Virus record (IMG/VR): IMGVR_UViG_3300021087_000011
Length of the DNA stretch: 64,000 bases
Source: an uncultured virus (IMG/VR IMGVR_UViG_3300021087_000011)
Taxonomy: Duplodnaviria > Heunggongvirae > Uroviricota > Caudoviricetes
Direction: 5' to 3' (one strand)
Position 1 is the first letter of the stretch. Each line of letters opens with the position of its first letter. Shown piece by piece: positions 45,129 through 54,195 of this stretch. The notes beneath the pieces were generated by a model, which was not told the origin of the DNA, did not search any database, and was given only the letters and a program-made list of their open reading frames with translations. The translations under genes and the position numbers were made by a program.

Positions 45129-48100
45129 TCACTGCCAGTCGCTCGTTCCGTTATCGAGGAGTTTTTCGAGGAACTTGTTTAAGGCTGCGATGCGTATTGG
45201 TGTCATCGATTCCACCTCAGGATGAGTCCGCCCGGACGATTGGTCGACAACTTCCAAATAGTCTATTAGTGCCTTAGTTCGTTCTAATTCAGTAGTTTTA
45301 GACTTTTTTGTCAACCTATCTAACACGTCGAATAGCGCATCGACGATATCTGGTATGGCATTGTTGTCGATTTGTACTTCACCTGCTGGACTCTGGTGGG
45401 GATTCTTTGGTCCATACCTGATAGAAGAAGAATTGAAATACTCGAAACTTTTTTTCAACCTCTCTAGAGCCCTACGCTTAACGGAGTCACGTTCTTGTTT
45501 AATCTCCCCGTCAAGGGAATCGTAAACAATTTTGAAAAATGGGGAAGATTGTTTAAAGGTTGAGCGATCTTTGGTGTTCCGGGCTGCACGCTGTTTAGAC
45601 ATGTCGCGATGAGACCTAAACCCATCAGACTCCGTACCGCGTCGGGACATGAATGCATCACCGCGTCGGGCTCCTGGTCGAGGTTCAAAAGCAGCCGGCT
45701 CATTGTCGCTCCCCTCAACCTCTTCAGTGCGGTTTCCACGGAATGCAGTTTCGGCGGCTTCCATATCTGCTTCGACAGAAGCGATCAGTTCATCTACACG
45801 TTGATCCGCTTCTTCCTGGGCTGTCAGTCGGCCAGCACTGCGTTCTTCTGGGGTTTCCATGGCTCGTGCGTGGAGTTCCTCATCAGGACGACGCAGTAGT
45901 GGACCCCCCAACACGCTTTCTATGTCCTCCTCGGACAAAGGCTCGCCCGGCGTGAAGCGCGGTGCCGGCGATTCAGATCGCGGTCGTCCCTCAACGTCGT
46001 CCAGATAATGGCGATCAGAAACAGCCCCTACTAGGCCGTCTCCAAATTGCTGCCCAAGTCGGGCACTATCACGGTCCTCTTCAGCCAGCCTTAATCTGCG
46101 CATGGCCAATGCGACGAGTGCCTCTTTGCGCATTGGCTCGGGTTCGAGTCGCGCGCGTTCCCTCAGGGACCGCTGGAATTGACTGCGTTGTTCCATGGGA
46201 ATACTCAAGTCGAAGTCGCGAGCCTCACGCCGTGCCAACTCTAGGAAGGCCATCTGCTGCCATGCCTCGTTCTTCCAAAAATCCGGTGAGACCGCAATGT
46301 CGGATCGGGTTGGATGCGGCGGATATGTGGGTGCTTCAAGAATCTTTCGGAGATGCCCTTCATTGAGGTAACGGCCTCCAGCCATCTTGGCTACTGTTGC
46401 TTCCTGGCTCCCAGCCGTCAGCCCGGGTGGATGGCCGAGTGCCCGATGCAGTTTGTTGCCGAAATGTACGACTTGTGTTTCCAGGTTGGGCGTGACGTAG
46501 CCCTCTCGTTCGTTGACTCCGGGCTTACCGACAGTGATAGTGCCGTCGTCCTGGGAATAAATGCCGCCGATCCCATCCAGCCTCCCGTCTTCTGCCAGTC
46601 GTGAGAGCGCATGAAACAGAACTGCGGCCTCATTAAACTGCTCTTCGTCGTCTCCAACGAGAGCAAGTCGACCCACATTATTTTCACCAAATCCCCACGC
46701 TTCTAGTTCGCGGAGCGTGCCGGGGTGTAGGTGGGTCTCGTTCGCAGAGTCCAACCGTCCTAACAAATTGTCAATAATGTCTCTGATTGCGAGTTCCTGT
46801 TGAATGGATCGCGCCTGTACTCCGGAGAGTCCTTCATCGGGGTTGGCGGCGAGTGCCGGAAGAAGCCCATTCAGTTCGTCAGCACTCATGTCGCTTAATT
46901 CATGGGGTCTTGTTCGATGTAGTGATTCGATTGCTCCTTCGATCCCTAGTTGGTCTTCGACGGAGGCAGGGTCTTGTTCGGGTTCTTCAACCATGGCGCG
47001 GTAATGTGCCCGGGCGTTCTGAACTTCCCCTTCCAGGGCATCCAGATCAACAGGTTCCATCCAGGACGCGGAGTAGCCCGGTTCACTAGTCGGCCCTTGG
47101 GTGTGCGCCTCTCTCATGATTTCCCCCGCCGGCCTCCTGTCTTGTGGTCCTCGTTCGATGTGTTCCCCGTGTCTTATCTCATCAAGATCACCATCGGACG
47201 GGATGCCTCCCGCTTCGAAGGCCGCTTCCACATCGGATCTTGTCAACAGGGGGATGCCATCACCGTCGACATCGTCTGAAGCGTAAGACCAGATCACAGC
47301 GTCATCGGGTTCCAGGCCATCAGCCCACAGCGGGGTCCGTGCGCCGCTTGGACCGCCCCTCCGATGTTCCATCCATTGATCAATGGCCTCAGACAATGTT
47401 CCAACGAATTCTTCAGGGCCGTCGTAATTGGCTCCACCCATTAGGTCATAACTGCCATGCCTGTTCATAGGGGGCCATATTTCACCGGTGCCGGTGTCGG
47501 GTGCGTTGGCATAGTGGCCCGGATTCAAAAGTCGGCCCTCGTCGAACTCCGCGAGTTCGCCAAGCGTTTCTCGCAGGACTCCTTCGTCCATCCCCTCTAG
47601 GGCGATGCTGACGATCCGTCCCGCTTCCTCCAGACTGACCCCTTCCTCCCTGGCAACGTCATGGGCTGGCGTGCGTCGAGAAGAGAAGCCCCCTGGTCCC
47701 CCTACTGTGCTCCCGTAATCAGGGAACCGTGGACCTTGGTCCGTAAATTCCTGTGCAGCGAGATCTACGACCCGTAGGAGTCTCTCATAGCCCTCCTCCT
47801 GGTCCCACAGCCCACCCCCCTTTGGCACGTTCTCGTGGCCCGGGCCGAGGTCTTCTCGATCGTTGATGCCAAACGCTCGGCGTACTTTGTTCATGGCCCG
47901 ATCGAATGAACGAAGGATTGGATCTGGCATTCCCAGTGATCGAACCTCAGACGCCGTTAGAGTTTGACGCATCCAAGCAATAACGTCCTCGTCAGGGCTA
48001 TCCGGACCCGGTACTCCTCGCCGCACGAACCCTTCGACATCATCCGCAAATCGTCCCTCATCGCGTCGAGAAGAGAAGCCCCACGGCGTCCGAACCGGGT

Positions 48101-51100
48101 TCATCTGTCCCATTACGTCGTCCTCATCCTCTCTTATTTGGAGTTGCTCTTCTTGGGATAGAGCCCGGCGGGCAGCGACACGCTCCTCAAATTTCTGATC
48201 GTCCTTCGCTTTTTGCTGACGGCGCTTTTCTTCTCGCTTCGCCCTCCACTTTTTGTTCTTTTCCATCTCTCGGGCAGACTGTCTGCTTTCCCTTGCAACT
48301 CGCCGAGTTTCCCGATCTCCTCGCCGAGAGCGGAAAGCCTCCCCAAGACTTTCAATCTCTTCTCTGTTTTCTGATTCGCCGCGCCGGGAACTCAGACCGA
48401 AACGTTCATCGAGATTCCTCTCGATAGAGCGGTCTATTGCGCGTCCCTTCCTGTACTTCTCCATACCCGTTCGAACGGCAAGGGCTGCCTCCCGTGAAAC
48501 CCCCATACCAGTCGGTGGGCGTTCAGCAGGTTTGGGGCCAAATCGTTCATCTTCTCTTGACACCCGAGCCGTGCCCCCCGGGTCGTCTGGGTCATCGTCC
48601 CCTTCAGGCGCTGCATCCGTGCCGAGCCACCTGCGGGCCGTGTCCTCCACATCTTCGATGAAGGGGTCGCCACGTTTAATGAACCTGTCGTCTTCATACT
48701 GTTCGCGGAGTGTTACAACCTGTTCTCTCAGCCGACCAGCAAAAGTCATGCTTCGATCTTCGTCGGCAGTCAATGTCCGGGCTGTTTGATCTTCGAGATA
48801 ATCATCGATCTGCACTCCCAGTCGTTCAATCACGTCGAACGTTAAATCTTCGTCTCCATCAAGAGTGTCTTGCAGGGAGTCCCAAAATTCCACATGTGAT
48901 TCATCCGCCCTGTCGTCCATGACTGCCGTCGCAAGGGCGTTGCGTTTTATGCCGATGTTGATATCAAGGGCATCCATAATCCTGAGACGCCGGTCAAGGG
49001 CCACCTGTGCATCTGGAGATGAACTTTGCCGACCAACGTCATCCTCAATATTCTGCCCACCCTCTGGATCAAGTAGTTGTTCGCGTTGGCTGCCCCCTAT
49101 CCCAGGCTGGAAAGCATCGGTGTTACGCTCCCCCGTTGCGCTGGAGAGCACTGTGTCTTCTTGGGGCCGCCTCGTGCGACGCTGGATGGCTGGCTTGTTC
49201 TTAGCGGCGTCAGCCAGCCTCTGCCTTCGTTCCCTTCGGCGTCGTGACATGGCCAGGGCTGGGTTTGCACGTTCTTCTCGGGTTTGGATTTCTTCAAGTA
49301 GTCCGCCGAGGATTCGGTCGTAGTCGACAGACCGGAGACGTTCCTCGGGGGGCGGCCAGTCAAAAACTTGCGGCTTGTTTGGATCGGAACGTGGATTGAA
49401 GTTGATCATCAACTCATCCACTTGTTCATTAATGCTTAGTTCGTCCCAGTTCTCTGGTTTAACTTCGTCCCATTTTCTTCCAACGAAACGTGCCTGTCCG
49501 GGACCCATGCCTGTTGGTTCGTTAGGTTTCTTCAGACCCCCCGGACTCTTCTCTGGGGTTCCTCTAGATGATCGAAGACCTCTACCTTCTCCGTACTGAG
49601 GCATTCCTCTGCCGGCTGGGCTGTAATTCGCGTAGTAGTCGTGAAGTCGAATCCAGTCTCGCGGAGACAACTGTTCTCCACCTCGGTCATAACGCCGCAC
49701 TAAGTCTTGGACCACATGGAAGCCGCCCTGTTGGCGTGCCCAGTAGATCAAGTCACCTTGGAGTCGTGGCGTAATGTCCGCAGGCGCACCATTGTTGGGA
49801 CGCCGTGAAGCAAACCCATGGTCCCTGTCAGGGAACTGTGAGTCCTTGGCAAGATTAGGAGAGACCCACTTGCCCTTTTTGGAAAAGGCCGCCATTTCAA
49901 GAACATCTCGGCCGGGTTTGAAATAACCATCTGGATCTACTGCTTCAAGACGAGCATATGATTCAAGGATTTGGTTGTATTCAGCAGAATCCAAACTGAC
50001 TTTGCCACCCTTGGAATCTTGGAGTTTCTTGTCGTATGCGGACAGGCCGAGTTCGATGTCGGGGTGTCCGTCATACTTGGCCCGCGTGGATTTCAAACCA
50101 TCACTAATTTCGCCAATTTCCCCCTCAGAAAGGGACACTTCCATCCGACCACTGTGGTGGGCGTTGACTCGTCGTCCAGGGTCCGACCTAATTGCGGCAG
50201 CAGCATCACGCAGTAGTCCTGCAACATGTGGCTCTTCATCACGCCAGATGTTGTCGGCCAGACTGTTGAGTTGTTTAACCAGGTCCGACCTGTCTATAGG
50301 TTTGGCCGGAGAGGTGTTTGTTCCGTCGAGGATTTTTTGGGCTTTCTTGAAAGTTTCAGATTCATATCGATCTAGTCCTCTGTGATCCCTCAGCCTGTTG
50401 GCGTGCCTTTTCAATTTCTCACCCAGGGTCGGCAACTCGGTGGGAAGGCCCATGCGGTCCACAACCGTGCCATCGGGCTTGATCAAGTATGACTCTCTAC
50501 CTTTAACCCATTCGTTGATCGCAGCGCCCAGACTGCTCTCAGCGTCCACAACGGCGGCAATGTCGGAAGCGATCCCACCGTAGATGTATGTCCGTCCCCC
50601 TTTGAAGGTGACGGCGAGTTCTTCATCGCCAGCGTTGTAATGAGCAGCGTTGATGGCGGTACTTGCGGATGTGTCTAGTTGGAAATCTTCGCCGAGTCCA
50701 GCGCCACGCTGTGATCGGAAACCCGTTCCTTTGGGTTTGAAGTCCTGAAGACTCCCGGTTGTTGCATCGATTCGGGTTGACTCCAGATCATCACCAAGTG
50801 CGAGTCCTGTGGCCCGGCGGTATTCGTCGTCGGTGCGTAAGCGGGCTATGCGCAGATTCAGAAGTTGCGTCGAGCCAATCCGGTCAGCGTAGGACACTAG
50901 CGAATCATCTGGTTTAACTTCGATTCGCATATTGCGGTCGAACTTGTCGATTTTTTCAGCAGCCTCTAGAACTATATCTGCTCCATTCGGTGCATGTTGT
51001 TGGACATCCATCTCGGCGCCGTAGACATTCTGCTCCGCTTCTTCTATGTCCTTGAGAACATCTATTGCCGAATTCCACTCATATTCAAGAGAAGTTTCCC

Positions 51101-54098
51101 ATCCGGGTTTACCACGAGTCTCATCGACTGCCAGGTCTTCGAAGTGGCCGCCGCGGTCATTCCGGCGATCATCATTTCGTTCCAAAATATATTCTGGAGT
51201 GAATAGAGCACGGAAACCTTCGTAGTCGTTGTTTTTTAAAAACTCTAGGATCTTGTCTTCATCTAGATATGAGCCATCCGGCATGTGACTAGGAGCGAAG
51301 TTCTCTTCAATCTCCGTAATATGACTATCGAGATATCTGCGGTGATCCTCTAATTCACTACTCACTTCATTGCGACGGTCCTCTGCGGCGTGATAATAAT
51401 CATTCTCTTCCCTGAAGAAGTCGAGTACGTCGTCGTATTCTTTTTTCAATTCTTCCCATGTGCTGAAAAGATCGTCCCACTCTTCATGACCTCCAGGAAA
51501 GTTCTCTATGCCGGGGTAGGAGCGAGTATCGGGGTCATAATCGTTTAACAGGGTCTCATCGAAATGAGGATTTTCTTGCAAAAAGTTGAGCATCTGTTCG
51601 CGAGCATCTATGAGATTTTGTAGATTCCCATATGAGTTTTCGGAGTGGAAATTCCTTTTGGAAGCCAGCCCGGATTGCCTTAACGGGGGAGGGTCCATAA
51701 GGGAGGTGACCTCTGCCTCGTTGAAGCCTCGACTGCGAAGTTCGGCGGCTCGGCGGCTGGCGAGACCTGCCTCCGTCGCCCTGTTCCAAACGACCGTTTG
51801 GTCGCGAGCAAGTTGGGGGGTACGAAGAGATCCTCGCTCTATCCGCTGACCGCCTTCCCTCTCAGGGGACACCGCTGTGGCCCGGAAATCAAACCTGTTT
51901 CTGGTGGATTCCAAACCCTGACGGGCGCGCCTTCTGTGACCCTGAGCGGCGCTGCCCCCACGAGCAGCCACGAGCATGCGCATCCTCCTGGTTTCAGGAG
52001 CGATGCTTTGTGTGTCAACGCCAATATCTGAGGGCTTGAAACTGGGTCCAAGAAGTTCCCCATTGGCGTTGATCAGATCACCCCTACTGTTTGCTCGGGT
52101 AGGGATTTCTTTTTTAGGACCACGGATATCCCTCCGCTTGGCCGAAGGTTGTCTGATCATCCTCACTGGGACAACTTGCATACCTAATCGCTGTGCGGCG
52201 GCCAGCCTGTGGTTTCCTTCGTCGAGAGCAAGAGTGCCGGTTTCTGGATCGTATTGAACCACCAACGAATGCTTGATGCCGTTGGCGCGGATGTCCTCTG
52301 TCAACTCGTCCAACTTCCCCATAATGATGGGGGCGTCTAGTTCATAACTTCGCATCTCTCCAGCACGAGTGGCGGCGTCCTCATCCCAACCGTTGCTGGC
52401 TGAAGGTCCGATGTTGCCCGGCATGTCATCGAAGAATTCGATGGGTACGAGTTCGGTATGGTCGAAGTTGTAGAAATCAGTCAGAGCGGGATGAGGGTAG
52501 ATCGGGTCGCTTACGTCTTGGATTCCATAAGCCTTGATGATTTTTTGGATCTGCTCATTGCGGAACGCTTCATATTCATCACGGGTAAATTGCCCCATGC
52601 GTTCCTTGGTTGGGGGGCGTTCTTCTGCTCCGACACCTTCTGGTCGAGCATCTGGAGTGGGGGTATCAAGATCGGTCTCGTCACCCTCTTCATCCCAATT
52701 GCGCCCCTGTAGGAGGCGTCTGCTGGAACGGAAACCACGAGATGGTCCTGGCTTACGGGGAAGTGCCGGTCGTTCCCATGGTGTGCCCTCCTGGACAAGC
52801 ATGTCCAAGTCAGCATCTCTGGCATCTGGGTTAAACCTTGTCGTGAGGGCTCTCCCAGCCCTACGAACTTTTCCCGACCCTCCACCACCACCTCGGGAAA
52901 GGCCACGACCAAGCCTCCGGCCTAGGGCCTTTGTAGCCGTTTCAACGGCTTCGATGAAGTCGGGTGTCGCCCCCGATTTGATGATAATTCCTTCTTCGGT
53001 CACCTCGGCGATTGCGCCGTGGTAATCAATGATGGGATCCAGTAGAGACTTGGTAGCGAAAGCATCTTCAAGTTTGCAAGAAATGACCAGTTGGTCTTCA
53101 CCTTTTGCACTGTCGTCGCTGTCCAGTTTTTGGACAATGCGCATGATCCTTGGCATGACAGTGTCTTGCGGGTTCTGCTCGTAGCGGTTAGCCGGATTGA
53201 TTTGTGGCTTTACTTGAACTCCCGGGGGTTTGACTGGCGCGTACACCATCTGCGGAATAACCCGTTCAGGTTGACCCAGCATAAAACCCCGTTTCGGGCA
53301 ATGATGGAAGTGAACTCGATACATGGCCGTTCCATTATCGGAACGTTGAACCTGGAAGACGGCTACACCTTCTGTGGCGCTAATGAGTTTGATCGGCTGT
53401 GGTGAGCGAGACTGCAACTCCAGTTCCAACTTGTGATCATGCTCGTCGGACATGCTCTCAGTCCGTGGAGTCTCGACGGGCATCATTGCGAGCATCCCGT
53501 CTTTCTCGTCGAGGTCATCAAAGGCGAATTCGAGATCGTGGGTCTCTGTGATGGGACGCTCCATAAGGGCCGCTTCAGCGCCCTTGACGGAGATGGTCCC
53601 CGTGAGTTGGTTTGCCCCATGCAGTACCGGAGAACATTCGTACAGTTCTACTTCGTGCAGAATGTTTGCTTGTCGAACAGGATCGAATGTGGCGTTGATG
53701 GTCTTGTAGCCGATTGACCACTCTTGTTCACCACCAAAGAAGGCAACGTTGGCGAAGGCTTCTCGACCCTTTTCGGATCCGAGATTGAATTGGACTCGTG
53801 CATACAGGCCCCCGACACCTCCCGCTTTCATTTTTTCTGGGAGGCGTGGATCGCTAGGTCCCACTTCTTGGATGTCTAGAACTTTCCCAATAGGGTCATT
53901 CCAGTTGTGGCCCCAAACAACACGCGGCTTGCGCCGTTGAAGAGTGCCGGCAAAGGCTCCTGGCTGAATAATGTCGCCGACGGAGTCCTTGTTGCCGATG
54001 CCTGCCACGAAACATTCGACAATACCTTGAGCCTTGTCAACGCTAACCTGGCCGTTGCTGGCTTTGATTTGGATATCTGTTTCCATCCCTACAGGCAT
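45129..54098 (-). CDS. HK97-family prohead protease fused to a ~2800-aa polyvalent extension (ParB-like, KTSC)
   Basis: GDIIQPGAF, VVWGHNW..PIG, WSIGY, ELYECSPV..GAN at the N-terminus; DEGNHRLAAA; STAINAAHY..LAVTFKGGRTYIY. Confidence 0.92.
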   Translation of the reverse strand: MPVGMETDIQIKASNGQVSVDKAQGIVECFVAGIGNKDSVGDIIQPGAFAGTLQRRKPRVVWGHNWNDPIGKVLDIQEVGPSDPRLPEKMKAGGVGGLYARVQFNLGSEKGREAFANVAFFGGEQEWSIGYKTINATFDPVRQANILHEVELYECSPVLHGANQLTGTISVKGAEAALMERPITETHDLEFAFDDLDEKDGMLAMMPVETPRTESMSDEHDHKLELELQSRSPQPIKLISATEGVAVFQVQRSDNGTAMYRVHFHHCPKRGFMLGQPERVIPQMVYAPVKPPGVQVKPQINPANRYEQNPQDTVMPRIMRIVQKLDSDDSAKGEDQLVISCKLEDAFATKSLLDPIIDYHGAIAEVTEEGIIIKSGATPDFIEAVETATKALGRRLGRGLSRGGGGGSGKVRRAGRALTTRFNPDARDADLDMLVQEGTPWERPALPRKPGPSRGFRSSRRLLQGRNWDEEGDETDLDTPTPDARPEGVGAEERPPTKERMGQFTRDEYEAFRNEQIQKIIKAYGIQDVSDPIYPHPALTDFYNFDHTELVPIEFFDDMPGNIGPSASNGWDEDAATRAGEMRSYELDAPIIMGKLDELTEDIRANGIKHSLVVQYDPETGTLALDEGNHRLAAAQRLGMQVVPVRMIRQPSAKRRDIRGPKKEIPTRANSRGDLINANGELLGPSFKPSDIGVDTQSIAPETRRMRMLVAARGGSAAQGHRRRARQGLESTRNRFDFRATAVSPEREGGQRIERGSLRTPQLARDQTVVWNRATEAGLASRRAAELRSRGFNEAEVTSLMDPPPLRQSGLASKRNFHSENSYGNLQNLIDAREQMLNFLQENPHFDETLLNDYDPDTRSYPGIENFPGGHEEWDDLFSTWEELKKEYDDVLDFFREENDYYHAAEDRRNEVSSELEDHRRYLDSHITEIEENFAPSHMPDGSYLDEDKILEFLKNNDYEGFRALFTPEYILERNDDRRNDRGGHFEDLAVDETRGKPGWETSLEYEWNSAIDVLKDIEEAEQNVYGAEMDVQQHAPNGADIVLEAAEKIDKFDRNMRIEVKPDDSLVSYADRIGSTQLLNLRIARLRTDDEYRRATGLALGDDLESTRIDATTGSLQDFKPKGTGFRSQRGAGLGEDFQLDTSASTAINAAHYNAGDEELAVTFKGGRTYIYGGIASDIAAVVDAESSLGAAINEWVKGRESYLIKPDGTVVDRMGLPTELPTLGEKLKRHANRLRDHRGLDRYESETFKKAQKILDGTNTSPAKPIDRSDLVKQLNSLADNIWRDEEPHVAGLLRDAAAAIRSDPGRRVNAHHSGRMEVSLSEGEIGEISDGLKSTRAKYDGHPDIELGLSAYDKKLQDSKGGKVSLDSAEYNQILESYARLEAVDPDGYFKPGRDVLEMAAFSKKGKWVSPNLAKDSQFPDRDHGFASRRPNNGAPADITPRLQGDLIYWARQQGGFHVVQDLVRRYDRGGEQLSPRDWIRLHDYYANYSPAGRGMPQYGEGRGLRSSRGTPEKSPGGLKKPNEPTGMGPGQARFVGRKWDEVKPENWDELSINEQVDELMINFNPRSDPNKPQVFDWPPPEERLRSVDYDRILGGLLEEIQTREERANPALAMSRRRRERRQRLADAAKNKPAIQRRTRRPQEDTVLSSATGERNTDAFQPGIGGSQREQLLDPEGGQNIEDDVGRQSSSPDAQVALDRRLRIMDALDINIGIKRNALATAVMDDRADESHVEFWDSLQDTLDGDEDLTFDVIERLGVQIDDYLEDQTARTLTADEDRSMTFAGRLREQVVTLREQYEDDRFIKRGDPFIEDVEDTARRWLGTDAAPEGDDDPDDPGGTARVSREDERFGPKPAERPPTGMGVSREAALAVRTGMEKYRKGRAIDRSIERNLDERFGLSSRRGESENREEIESLGEAFRSRRGDRETRRVARESRQSAREMEKNKKWRAKREEKRRQQKAKDDQKFEERVAARRALSQEEQLQIREDEDDVMGQMNPVRTPWGFSSRRDEGRFADDVEGFVRRGVPGPDSPDEDVIAWMRQTLTASEVRSLGMPDPILRSFDRAMNKVRRAFGINDREDLGPGHENVPKGGGLWDQEEGYERLLRVVDLAAQEFTDQGPRFPDYGSTVGGPGGFSSRRTPAHDVAREEGVSLEEAGRIVSIALEGMDEGVLRETLGELAEFDEGRLLNPGHYANAPDTGTGEIWPPMNRHGSYDLMGGANYDGPEEFVGTLSEAIDQWMEHRRGGPSGARTPLWADGLEPDDAVIWSYASDDVDGDGIPLLTRSDVEAAFEAGGIPSDGDLDEIRHGEHIERGPQDRRPAGEIMREAHTQGPTSEPGYSASWMEPVDLDALEGEVQNARAHYRAMVEEPEQDPASVEDQLGIEGAIESLHRTRPHELSDMSADELNGLLPALAANPDEGLSGVQARSIQQELAIRDIIDNLLGRLDSANETHLHPGTLRELEAWGFGENNVGRLALVGDDEEQFNEAAVLFHALSRLAEDGRLDGIGGIYSQDDGTITVGKPGVNEREGYVTPNLETQVVHFGNKLHRALGHPPGLTAGSQEATVAKMAGGRYLNEGHLRKILEAPTYPPHPTRSDIAVSPDFWKNEAWQQMAFLELARREARDFDLSIPMEQRSQFQRSLRERARLEPEPMRKEALVALAMRRLRLAEEDRDSARLGQQFGDGLVGAVSDRHYLDDVEGRPRSESPAPRFTPGEPLSEEDIESVLGGPLLRRPDEELHARAMETPEERSAGRLTAQEEADQRVDELIASVEADMEAAETAFRGNRTEEVEGSDNEPAAFEPRPGARRGDAFMSRRGTESDGFRSHRDMSKQRAARNTKDRSTFKQSSPFFKIVYDSLDGEIKQERDSVKRRALERLKKSFEYFNSSSIRYGPKNPHQSPAGEVQIDNNAIPDIVDALFDVLDRLTKKSKTTELERTKALIDYLEVVDQSSGRTHPEVESMTPIRIAALNKFLEKLLDNGTSDWQ

Positions 54099-54195
54099 AG
54101 ATAACTCCCTGTTGCTCTGTAGTCATAATAGAGCACACTGATGGTGGTCTACTGTAAAATAATGTGAAAAATGTGTTAGTTTCTGTAAATGGCTA

